NCBI GenBank assembly: GCA_964389675.1
Contig: CAYMEV010000022.1
Span: forward strand, 1-57,785
Source of the DNA: an uncultured Candidatus Sumerlaeota bacterium
Lineage (GTDB): Bacteria; CAYMEV01
Length of the DNA stretch: 57,785 bases
Direction of reading: 5' to 3'
Shown: in pieces, positions 38,844 to 47,539 of the stretch
Layout: every line of letters starts with the position of its first letter
Numbering within the stretch: the stretch's first letter is position 1
The notes under the pieces: model-generated
What the model was told of the DNA's origin: nothing
The model's database searches: none
What the model saw: only the letters and a program-made list of their open reading frames with translations
Program-made: the position numbers and the translations under genes

Positions 38844-39836
38844 ATGCATGAAGCACTGTTTTACTCCAGAGAAAAAGAAAAAAGGGTAAAATGCGGTATC
38901 TGTCCTAACAACTGCCTCATTAACGATGGCAGCAGAGGTTTATGCAAGGGCAGGCTGAACGAAGAGGGCATACTCTATGCGGAAAACTATGGAAAGGTGG
39001 TTACTGCCTCAATTGACCCTATAGAGAAGAAGCCGCTCTACCATTACTATCCCTCAGAATACATACTTTCAATATCGACTTATGGATGCAGTTTCTCCTG
39101 TCAGTTCTGCCAGAATTCAGAACTTAGCCAGAATATTATAAATACTGGCTATACAGAGCCTGATGATATTATCGGCCTTGCATTGAGGAAAAGAAGTTTC
39201 GGTATTGCATACACCTACTCAGAACCTCTCGTCTGGTATGAATATGTCCTTGATTGTGCTAAACTGGCAAGAAAGAACGGGCTTAAGAATGTTCTTGTAT
39301 CAAATGGATATATAAATCCTGAACCGTTGGAACAGCTGATTGAATATATTGATGCTGTCAATATAGATATAAAGTCCTACAGTGATGATTTCTACAGGAA
39401 GTACTGCGGAGGCAGGCTTGAACCGGTCCTCAATTCTGCAAGGTCCTTCTATGCAAAAAATGTACATATTGAGATAACAAACCTTATTATACCCACCCTG
39501 AATGATTCTGCACAGGAGCTTAAAAAGCTTGTTGACTTTATACATGATGAGCTTGGAAGTGATGTCCCCCTGCATTTTTCGAGATACTTCCCTAATTACA
39601 GAATGGATATTGACCCTACTCCCTCAAGTAAGCTGAAAGAGGCCTATAAAATTGCAAAATACAAACTTGATTATGTATATCTTGGTAATCTGCACAGCGG
39701 TGAAAAGTACAGCAATACATACTGTCCATCATGCGGAGAACTGCTTATTAACAGAGCCTTTTACAGCGCACGGAAGGTTGGCCTGTCAGATGCTAAATGC
39801 AGCAAATGCGGAGCAAAGATAAATGTCATCGGGTAG
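38844..39836 (+). CDS. AmmeMemoRadiSam-system radical SAM enzyme
   Basis: N-terminal C..CP..C, DPIEKKPLYH, CSFSCQFCQN, YTYSEP, LHFSRYFP and a C-terminal CPSC...CSKC. Confidence 0.9.
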   Translation: MHEALFYSREKEKRVKCGICPNNCLINDGSRGLCKGRLNEEGILYAENYGKVVTASIDPIEKKPLYHYYPSEYILSISTYGCSFSCQFCQNSELSQNIINTGYTEPDDIIGLALRKRSFGIAYTYSEPLVWYEYVLDCAKLARKNGLKNVLVSNGYINPEPLEQLIEYIDAVNIDIKSYSDDFYRKYCGGRLEPVLNSARSFYAKNVHIEITNLIIPTLNDSAQELKKLVDFIHDELGSDVPLHFSRYFPNYRMDIDPTPSSKLKEAYKIAKYKLDYVYLGNLHSGEKYSNTYCPSCGELLINRAFYSARKVGLSDAKCSKCGAKINVIG

Positions 39837-40287
39837 GGCAAAAACAGCTGAACCTTTTTTAATGCTGAAGTACCAGAAATTCAGTTTTATAATAAACGGA
39901 GCTTTCATTAAAGAAACAATGATAGACTCAGAAAGAATAGGCCTTCCGAACCTGAGATACCCGTTTGACAGTATAACCGTAAGAAAAGACCGGGTTTTTC
40001 CTGTTCTTAACCTCGATGAAAAATTGAGTATTAATGACAGGGGCTTCTTCCCGTTTTTCCTGTTCATTGAAACAGCCAAATGCCGCTGCTGTATAAATTC
40101 AAGCAGGCTGCCGGTGATATTTCATGATTTTTTCATGCTTGAAAAGATTAAAAGCCTTGTCTGTTTCGATATCTACAAAAAGGGAGATGAGCTTTTCTTT
40201 GATATTATACCTGACGAATTATACCGCGCATCGGAGAATAATTTCAAGAGGCTTTCAGATGAGGCTGATGGCGGCACAGGGATTTGA
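39823..40287 (+). CDS. Hypothetical protein, possibly degenerate CheW-like
   Basis: Fills the gap and overlaps the upstream gene; the ITVRKDRVFPVLNL segment resembles CheW. Confidence 0.4.
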   Translation: MSSGRAKTAEPFLMLKYQKFSFIINGAFIKETMIDSERIGLPNLRYPFDSITVRKDRVFPVLNLDEKLSINDRGFFPFFLFIETAKCRCCINSSRLPVIFHDFFMLEKIKSLVCFDIYKKGDELFFDIIPDELYRASENNFKRLSDEADGGTGI

Positions 40288-40342
40288 ACCCCGGACACCA
40301 CGGATATGAGCCGTGTGCTCTAACCAACTGAGCTATGCCGCC
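40269..40342 (-). tRNA. tRNA-Met(CAT), elongator type
   Basis: GGCGGCATAGCTCAG...CACGGCT-CAT-ATCCGTG...TTCAAAT...TGCCGCCA; paired G1-C72. Confidence 0.92.
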
Positions 40343-40356
40343 ATTAATTGAAAATC

Positions 40357-40384
40357 AATATATGATTAAATGCAAAACTGTCAA
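40357..40384 (-). promoter_or_regulatory. Sigma70-type promoter TTGACA-N16-TATATT for tRNA-Met
   Basis: Perfect -35 box; -10 box lies 14 nt upstream of the tRNA. Confidence 0.6.
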
Positions 40385-40469
40385 TATAAAAATGAAAGCC
40401 TGGCAGAGATGCTTTCTTCGCCTTAATTATCTACCCTGTTGGGCTTAATCTGAGAACAGGGATTTCCTG

Positions 40470-42116
40470 TTATTTTTTCGGTATGACCTTCTCGATGGTT
40501 TCCTTGCCCCCAAGCATTCTCAAAAGCTCTGATTCTCTTCTGTCACCCTCAAGGTGCTTTGAGGTAATTACCGGATAATTGTCCTTAATGCTTTTTTCGA
40601 TGTAGATATGGTGTTCGGAGTATTTCGCTATCTGCGGCAAATGGGTAATTGCTATTACCTGACTGTCTGAAGCCATTTCCTTTAATAATACTCCAATCCT
40701 GTTTGCAGTTTCACCTCCTATACCATTGTCAATCTCGTCAAATATGCTTATAGGCTTATTTTCACAGGTCCTGAAGACATTTCTTACTGCCAGGGAAATC
40801 CTTGACAGTTCGCCACCGCTTGTTATCTGGTTCAGGGGAAGGGGCTGTATATTAAAATGGGGGGAATAAACAAACTCAATACTGTCCCTGCCGTTTAGCG
40901 TATACAATGATATATTATCAGCATGGCTGAATAATATGTCAAAAACTGCATTATCCAGGCACATCTCCTTAAGTGTCCCTTTTACGCCCTCTATGATTAT
41001 CCCAGCTGTTTTTTCCCTTTCATGCGATATATCGGCAGCTTTATCGTTAATTAATTTTTCAAGGCTAAGCAGTTCATTCTCCAGCTTTTCCAGGTTTGTA
41101 TCAGTGTTCTTAAGCTCTGAAAGCCTTCTTTCTGCAGATTCCATATATTCTAATACCTCAGTTTCGGAATCACCGTATTTTTTAAAAAGGTTTTCCAGAG
41201 TATTCATCCTTTCTTCCAGAAGGTCCAGGCTTGATTCCGGATCATCTGCCATAAGGCTGTCCTCGATGGTCTTTACTATATCCTGGATCATATAGTAGAA
41301 TTCATTCAGTTTTTTGGGATATTCTTTTAAGGCAGTTATATATGAGGAGAGATTTTCTATATCGCTGACTGCAGAGCTCAGCCGCGTATAGATGCTGTCA
41401 TCCGCCTCATAGAGGTTTTTTAGTATATTATCCTTCAGCCTGGTTATTATTATCATATTCTTCTGAATTTTTCTCTTTTCCTTTAAAGATTCATATTCTC
41501 CGTTATTGATCCTGGATTGCTTTATCTCATTGATCTCATATTCAAGGTTGTTTATGCTTCTCTCTCGCGAATGCTTATCCTGCTTTATTGTCTCAATTTT
41601 TTTCTTTAATTGATGGTAATGCCTGAAAAGTTCCTTATATTGATTAACAAGCCTTTCTGTCTCTGGTGATAAGCTGTCCAGAATACTGAGCTGATAATCA
41701 TTATTGAGCAGAAGCTGGTTCTCATTCTGCCTGTATATCTCGAATATAAATGGCGCAATTTTTTTCAGCAGATTACTGCTTGCAGGTATATCGTTGATGA
41801 AACTCTTTCTTTTATTTGAAGAGGTAAGCGATCTCCTGATGATAATTGTATCTCCTTCTATTCCATAATCCGCCAAAAGCTCAGATATTCTGCTGCCTTT
41901 GGCTGTTTCTTTGATTGTCACAGATACAAGTGAATCTGTATCCCTGTTCAGTTTGTAAGATTCATAGAAGGGATGCCCTATACAGGTCTGTATGGCTTTA
42001 ACAAGAACAGATTTCCCTGCACCGGTTTCGCCGGTAATTACATTGAAACCTTCCTTGAAATCAATATCCATCTTTTCTATCAGAAGGAAGTTTTTGATGT
42101 AAATATTAGTAAGCAT
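40470..42116 (-). CDS. recN: DNA repair protein RecN
   Basis: GETGAGKS, SGGELSR, IFDEID and ITHLPQIA; follows nadK. Confidence 0.94.
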   Translation of the reverse strand: MLTNIYIKNFLLIEKMDIDFKEGFNVITGETGAGKSVLVKAIQTCIGHPFYESYKLNRDTDSLVSVTIKETAKGSRISELLADYGIEGDTIIIRRSLTSSNKRKSFINDIPASSNLLKKIAPFIFEIYRQNENQLLLNNDYQLSILDSLSPETERLVNQYKELFRHYHQLKKKIETIKQDKHSRERSINNLEYEINEIKQSRINNGEYESLKEKRKIQKNMIIITRLKDNILKNLYEADDSIYTRLSSAVSDIENLSSYITALKEYPKKLNEFYYMIQDIVKTIEDSLMADDPESSLDLLEERMNTLENLFKKYGDSETEVLEYMESAERRLSELKNTDTNLEKLENELLSLEKLINDKAADISHEREKTAGIIIEGVKGTLKEMCLDNAVFDILFSHADNISLYTLNGRDSIEFVYSPHFNIQPLPLNQITSGGELSRISLAVRNVFRTCENKPISIFDEIDNGIGGETANRIGVLLKEMASDSQVIAITHLPQIAKYSEHHIYIEKSIKDNYPVITSKHLEGDRRESELLRMLGGKETIEKVIPKK

Positions 42117-42975
42117 TGCCAATTCCCCAGTGAAGCTTTTCCTTTAATATTTCATAATAATTCCAGCTTTCAGCATGGATAATCTTTATAGGTTCTGAAG
42201 CGGCCCTTACTGTAAGGAGCATATCATCTTCAATAGAATGGGCGACCTGCCCGTCTGATGTTACGATCAAGTTTTTGTGATTTCCTGTCAGGTTTATTGT
42301 TACTATTGAATCTTCAGGAATTACCAGAGGCCTGTGGGTAAGGCTGTGCGGTGAGATAGGGGCTATAAGCAGTGCTTTTACCCTCGGGTTTATAATAGGG
42401 CCGCCGACAGAAAGGCTGTATGCAGAGCTGCCTGTTGATGTTGATATTATTATGCCATCGGCTATATATGTAGCCAACGGCAGGCTGTTTATATAGCAGT
42501 CAAGTTCTGTGACCCTTGCAACAGTCTTGTTTGTTACCACAATGTCATTGAGTGCATAATTTTCATGGAGTATATTACCATCTTTTGATATTATTCCCTT
42601 AAGCATAAGCCTGAAATCCATTATAAAATTTCCTTCAAGTATTTCTGCAAGTGCAGTGCATATTCTGTCAGCTGAGATTTCCGTAAGAAATCCCAATCTT
42701 CCAAGGTTGACCCCTGCAAGCGGAACATCATGCCCGTAAAGCAGCCTGGATGCATAGAGGAAAGTTCCGTCACCGCCGAAGATAATGCATAGATCTATCT
42801 CTAGCGGAAAATTATCGATATCTGTCTTATCCATAACAGGAAATAGGGATGAAATATAGTCAGTAAGGATTATCTCTGAACCATGCTTCCTGAGTATTTC
42901 AAAAACCTTTTTATAGAGATCTGTATATTTTGCTGAGTTATTTTTGGCAATTATTCCAACCCTTTTAAATATCAT
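42106..42975 (-). CDS. nadK: NAD kinase
   Basis: GGDGT, NLGRLGFL, LND and STSTGSSAYSLSVGG. Confidence 0.95.
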   Translation of the reverse strand: MIFKRVGIIAKNNSAKYTDLYKKVFEILRKHGSEIILTDYISSLFPVMDKTDIDNFPLEIDLCIIFGGDGTFLYASRLLYGHDVPLAGVNLGRLGFLTEISADRICTALAEILEGNFIMDFRLMLKGIISKDGNILHENYALNDIVVTNKTVARVTELDCYINSLPLATYIADGIIISTSTGSSAYSLSVGGPIINPRVKALLIAPISPHSLTHRPLVIPEDSIVTINLTGNHKNLIVTSDGQVAHSIEDDMLLTVRAASEPIKIIHAESWNYYEILKEKLHWGIGNAY

Positions 42976-44159
42976 TGTTTAGACCCCCCTTTTAGTAAAC
43001 TTAACAGCAATGTTGAGACATGCAGTATTGGGATATCACTTTTGTACCGGTGCACACCATCGGCAAGCCTTAGCATGCACAACGGGCAGCTTGATATGAT
43101 CTGTGCGGGGTTATTAAACTTTTCAACAGCCGTCTGCAGTATAGATAGTGAAAGGCTGTTGTTTTTGACAAAGAAGCTGCCGCCTCCGCCACAGCAGGAA
43201 TCTACTGTACTGAACAATTCTCCGAAAATATCATCAAGGATATCCCGTGCTGAATTCACAGGGTGTTTACCGGTGAAATGACAAGGCTGATGGAATGCGG
43301 TCTCTTTTTTTTCTTCAGATTTGAAAAGGTGCTTAAAGCTTTTTAAAACAGCTGAGATATCAACCACCTTTTCTTCATCAAAACCATACCATTCTATCAG
43401 GGATGTCCTGCAGGTGGGACATGTTGTGATGATCTTCTTATGGGGCGTTTTTGAGAATATTTCAAGGTTCCTGCTTTTCACTTCTTCAGCCTTTTTATCA
43501 AAGCCGTTATAATATAGGGGAAACCCGCAGCAGGAAAGCCCTGCAGGTATTATAAATGGTATTTTGAGCATATTCAGCAGAGAGATGGTATCCCTCGTTA
43601 TTTTTGAGAGTATGAGATTACTCCCGCATCCGGGGAAATATAGATATTCAGGGAGTTTGCCAAGCTCGTTCTTTATCTCCTTTTTAAGATATGCAGGCCT
43701 GTTATAGTAGTTTGGGAATATTCTGGAGACAGGGGTTTTAATAAGCTTCATATAAAAGAAGCTGCTGTCGGAATATTCTCTTGTAAACAGGGCAAATAAT
43801 TCCTTTGGAAAGATCCTGCTCAATCTGGTAAGTATATCAACATTCATGAGTGCATTTGAGATAAGTCTGTCTGACAGGCTCTTTTTAATCTCCCTGGCCT
43901 TTATCATGGAAATCAGGTCAAGGTACTTGACATCTTTCTCGCAAACACCCCTGCATCTCAGGCATACAAGGCATTTGTCAAGGCTGTCTTTCATATCCTG
44001 GGCTATAAAAGAATCATCATTCAGCATATCGAAAAGAGCTACACGTCCCCTTGAGGAATATATCTCATCTCTCAGCTGTATGTATACAGGGCAGACAGAG
44101 AGGCACCGGCCGCATTTCACGCACTCTGATATCATGTCATTAATTATATTGTCTCTCAT
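42972..44159 (-). CDS. Fe-S binding oxidoreductase subunit (GlcF / CCG-domain family)
   Basis: Two CxxCxxCxxxC motifs and two CCG domains. Confidence 0.85.
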   Translation of the reverse strand: MRDNIINDMISECVKCGRCLSVCPVYIQLRDEIYSSRGRVALFDMLNDDSFIAQDMKDSLDKCLVCLRCRGVCEKDVKYLDLISMIKAREIKKSLSDRLISNALMNVDILTRLSRIFPKELFALFTREYSDSSFFYMKLIKTPVSRIFPNYYNRPAYLKKEIKNELGKLPEYLYFPGCGSNLILSKITRDTISLLNMLKIPFIIPAGLSCCGFPLYYNGFDKKAEEVKSRNLEIFSKTPHKKIITTCPTCRTSLIEWYGFDEEKVVDISAVLKSFKHLFKSEEKKETAFHQPCHFTGKHPVNSARDILDDIFGELFSTVDSCCGGGGSFFVKNNSLSLSILQTAVEKFNNPAQIISSCPLCMLRLADGVHRYKSDIPILHVSTLLLSLLKGGSKQ

Positions 44160-44518
44160 TGTTCCTTCCTTATCACAAAAGGCTTGGGAATATATTTTTT
44201 CCGTAATCTTTTTATTTTTGCAGGTTTGCTGAAAAGGTCGGCTGTAAGCCTGTTTTCTCTGTACCGCTGTATATAATCCCTTATAACCGGATTTATGAAA
44301 ATATTTTCCAGGTCAAACAGGGATAATGCTTCAATAAGTATGATAAATTTCTCAGTCTCTGTGAGCGTGCTGGCGATATAGAGCCTCTTTTCATCCTTTA
44401 GAATGCAGTAACCGTTGACATTCAAGCATTCTTTGAAAACCTCCACTTTGATTTTATCAAGAATCTCAAGGCAATAATCAATTAATCTGGGAAGTTCATA
44501 ATGTTTAGTTGTTACCAT
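44156..44518 (-). CDS. Hypothetical protein
   Basis: First gene of the minus-strand operon; overlaps the next start (ATGA). Confidence 0.65.
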   Translation of the reverse strand: MVTTKHYELPRLIDYCLEILDKIKVEVFKECLNVNGYCILKDEKRLYIASTLTETEKFIILIEALSLFDLENIFINPVIRDYIQRYRENRLTADLFSKPAKIKRLRKKYIPKPFVIRKEQ

Positions 44519-44609
44519 TTCCAGCTACCTGTTTATTAAATACATGTTAGTACTAATATATAAAATTATCAAAAAAAAAGCATAATATCATATTATTAGT
44601 CATTTTTAA

Positions 44610-44639
44610 TTGACAATAATATAATTTGGGCTTTAATAT
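44610..44639 (+). promoter_or_regulatory. Candidate sigma70 promoter of the RiPP-like cassette (TTGACA followed by TTTAAT or TAATAT)
   Basis: Perfect -35 box at 44610-44615; the -10 box is ambiguous (16 or 18 nt spacer). Confidence 0.4.
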
Positions 44640-44656
44640 CTTTTTTTTGAAAAAAT

Positions 44657-45484
44657 ATGAAAAATAAAGGCACAAACAGCATTTTCTTATCAATAGGAAA
44701 GGTGGCAGTCAGGATTAACGGCCTGAGCGACAGGTTGTACAATGACGCCAGTATCCGATATACCCATTTTATCCAGAAACATTGCCCTTCGGGTCAGACA
44801 GCTGCTGATATCAATATAACGCTCCTTAGAAGATTCATATCTGACAAGCCTCTGGATCCTGTTCTTTCTGAGGAGAATGGAATCATATCAATTAAGAGAT
44901 ATGATTTTGAAGGGAAATATGATATTTCAAATGGTGTCCTTGATATATCCATGTTTGAAAACGTCTATTCCCTTGATGCAGTGCTGAGGATCCTTTATTC
45001 GTACTATCTGGCTATGAACGGGGGATTTATGATACATTCTGCTGGAATAGTAATAGACGATGAAGCTTATGTGTTCTGCGGACAGACCCTTCATGGAAAA
45101 TCCCACATAATAAAAACCACCGGCGAGGGGCTGTTGCTTTCTGATGAAATAACAATTATCAGAAAGATTAAAGGGGATTTCCACGTGTTTGGAACACCGT
45201 TCTGGGGAGAGTTTGCAGTGGGGGGGGTTAATTCAGGTTTTCACCTTGAACAGCTTTATTTTTTGCATACCGGAGAGGAAAATTCTATACAGGATATCTC
45301 TAGCATTGAAGCAGTTCAGAAATTATTATCAACAATTCTTCTTTTTATTAATGACAAAAAAATAAATGATATTATATTTGATACAATCACGGAGATTGTG
45401 AACAGTGTTAATTGCTACAAGGTTATCTACAATCAAAAAGATGATATATGGAGGGAGATAAAATATGGCAGTAAGGCAAGATAA
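44657..45484 (+). CDS. HPr-kinase-related P-loop protein (ScmC / lasso-kinase-like)
   Basis: IHSAG, Walker A GQTLHGKS, LLSDE and GTPFWG. Confidence 0.75.
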   Translation: MKNKGTNSIFLSIGKVAVRINGLSDRLYNDASIRYTHFIQKHCPSGQTAADINITLLRRFISDKPLDPVLSEENGIISIKRYDFEGKYDISNGVLDISMFENVYSLDAVLRILYSYYLAMNGGFMIHSAGIVIDDEAYVFCGQTLHGKSHIIKTTGEGLLLSDEITIIRKIKGDFHVFGTPFWGEFAVGGVNSGFHLEQLYFLHTGEENSIQDISSIEAVQKLLSTILLFINDKKINDIIFDTITEIVNSVNCYKVIYNQKDDIWREIKYGSKAR

Positions 45485-45839
45485 AACTAATCTAGCAAAA
45501 AAAGACACACATCTTGATGCACTTTCAAAGAAAAAAGCCGATATTCTCACAAAGGTTGTAAAGAAGAACGAGGATATTGCATGGAGAGTGCTGGAAGGTG
45601 AAGTAATAATAATAACGCCCGAGGATTCAGTTCAGCATTACATGAACGAAGTAGGATCAACAATATGGGGATTTGCCGATGGAAAAAGGACTGTCCAGGA
45701 GATTATTGAACTCATGAAGGCAGAATACAAGGAAAATATTGAAAAGAAGCTTGTAACCCCCGAGGAGATCGAAACAGACGTTATCTCTTTCATAAGCGAG
45801 CTTTCCTCAGAAGAGAAGAAAATCGTTACCCTGGAATAA
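45465..45839 (+). CDS. PqqD-family RiPP recognition element
   Basis: WRVLEGEVII, MNEVGSTIWGFADGKRTVQEII...EY and ETDVISFISEL. Confidence 0.88.
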   Translation: MAVRQDKTNLAKKDTHLDALSKKKADILTKVVKKNEDIAWRVLEGEVIIITPEDSVQHYMNEVGSTIWGFADGKRTVQEIIELMKAEYKENIEKKLVTPEEIETDVISFISELSSEEKKIVTLE

Positions 45840-45844
45840 ATTCC

Positions 45845-46939
45845 ATGGGAAATGACCAATATATCACAACAGACTCAATAAATGAATATCTTGAATCAAA
45901 ATCCTGGGAGCATTTGATACCATTAAACGCCTCTTTTGAACTGACATACAGATGCAATGAAAGATGCATACACTGTTATGTTGAGTCCCCTTTTGATGAT
46001 AAAGAGCTGTCCACCCAGGAAGTTAAAAGGGTCCTTGATGAACTCGCGGAGCTTCAAACCCTGCAGATCACATTTACTGGCGGGGAAATATTTGTAAGGA
46101 AGGACATTAAGGAGATCCTCCAGTATGCCAGGAATTTGAAATACAATATCAACATAAGCACCAATGGTATACTCATTGACGAGAGGATGGCTGATTTCCT
46201 GAAAGAGAAAATAAAGCCATGGGAGATAGGAATCAGCCTGTACGGGTCCACACCTGCAATTCATGATGCTGTAACACAAGTTAAGGGTTCATTTGAAAAG
46301 ACAGTAAAAGCCATAAAGATACTTAGGGAAAGGAATATCAGGACAAAAGCCAAGATAGTTATCATGTCAATAAACTATGATGACTATAAGAATATAAAGA
46401 AACTCACTGAGGAACTGGGAGTAAAGCACCTTATTGATTTTAACATTACACCGAAGACAACCGGGGACTTATCTCCTCTTGACCTGAGGATAAGCGACGA
46501 AAGGATTCAGGAATTTATATTTAATGAGGCTATCGGGCTGGAGATATACACCATGGACAAGGAAAGGTATGAAAAAGAGACCAAACTTAAGCTTGACGGT
46601 TATCTGTGCAAAGCCGGCAACAATTTCATAAATATTACTCCCTATGGTGAAGTAACGCCCTGCATACAGTGGTATTATCCTGTAGGGAACATAAGGAATA
46701 ACAGCCTGCATGATATATGGTACAATTCCGAAAAGTTGAATTATATCAGAAAACTGAAAATAAGGGATATAGAAAAATGCAATAAATGCGAATACCTGGC
46801 ATACTGCAACAGATGTCCGGGTGTAGCACTCCTGATTGACGGAGACAGCTTTGGAATATCGACTCTTTCATGCCGATATGTTGATAATATTAAAGCAGTT
46901 ATTGAAAAGAAATATAAAAAAAACCTGATTCCGACCTAA
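45845..46939 (+). CDS. Radical SAM / SPASM domain peptide maturase
   Basis: CNERCIHC, TGGE, and a SPASM domain CKAG...GEVTPC...GNI...CNKC...CNRCPG...C (7 Cys). Confidence 0.92.
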   Translation: MGNDQYITTDSINEYLESKSWEHLIPLNASFELTYRCNERCIHCYVESPFDDKELSTQEVKRVLDELAELQTLQITFTGGEIFVRKDIKEILQYARNLKYNINISTNGILIDERMADFLKEKIKPWEIGISLYGSTPAIHDAVTQVKGSFEKTVKAIKILRERNIRTKAKIVIMSINYDDYKNIKKLTEELGVKHLIDFNITPKTTGDLSPLDLRISDERIQEFIFNEAIGLEIYTMDKERYEKETKLKLDGYLCKAGNNFINITPYGEVTPCIQWYYPVGNIRNNSLHDIWYNSEKLNYIRKLKIRDIEKCNKCEYLAYCNRCPGVALLIDGDSFGISTLSCRYVDNIKAVIEKKYKKNLIPT

Positions 46940-46948
46940 ATATTCCAT

Positions 46949-47539
46949 ATGAACAATAACAGAATCCCCCCTGCCTCTCTGGTAAAAGAGGCAATAAAAA
47001 AATCAGGAAGGTTTGAGATTACTGCATTGGGTTCCAGTATGACCCCTATCATATGGCACAGAAGCAGGGTCCTCCTTGACTGGGTTGAGCCTGAAAAGAT
47101 TAAAATTGGAGATATAATTGTCAAAGGCATAGACTATAAATATATAATACACAGGGTTATCAGAATATTGAAAAAACCGGATGAAGAGGGTAAAAATATA
47201 TTTATTTTTATTACAAAAGGAGATTTTCTTACACGGCCTGACCCATTCTATGATGCTGATGAATATCTTGGCAAGGTCTCCAGTATAAGCAATAAACTAA
47301 TAAGTTTCAATCCCAACACTGTATCGCAACCTTTAAGAAGGCTTTGTGTCTGGTTTTCGCGCATAGGTTCATTTTTTGACAGGTACTTTAGTTTTATTTA
47401 TAAATTAATTTACAAAATTAGAATTTTACAGATATTTTATAGAACAGTTTTCTCATTTCCCGTATTATTAATAAATACGGCAGTATTATTCTATTATTTC
47501 TTAAGGAGATGCACATGGAAAAGAAATCGGGAATTATAG
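46949..47539 (+). CDS. S24/S26-family peptidase (Ser-His, SipW-like)
   Basis: GSSMTP, GDII, IIHRV and TKGD; hydrophobic/basic C-terminal tail. Confidence 0.82.
   Translation: MNNNRIPPASLVKEAIKKSGRFEITALGSSMTPIIWHRSRVLLDWVEPEKIKIGDIIVKGIDYKYIIHRVIRILKKPDEEGKNIFIFITKGDFLTRPDPFYDADEYLGKVSSISNKLISFNPNTVSQPLRRLCVWFSRIGSFFDRYFSFIYKLIYKIRILQIFYRTVFSFPVLLINTAVLFYYFLRRCTWKRNREL

Noticed and set aside
45465-46939. PqqD plus radical SAM read as PQQ biosynthesis or as an anaerobic sulfatase maturase
   Set aside because: No pqqA, pqqB or pqqC is present, and the adjacent sulfatase-fold enzyme lacks the (C/S)xPxR motif.
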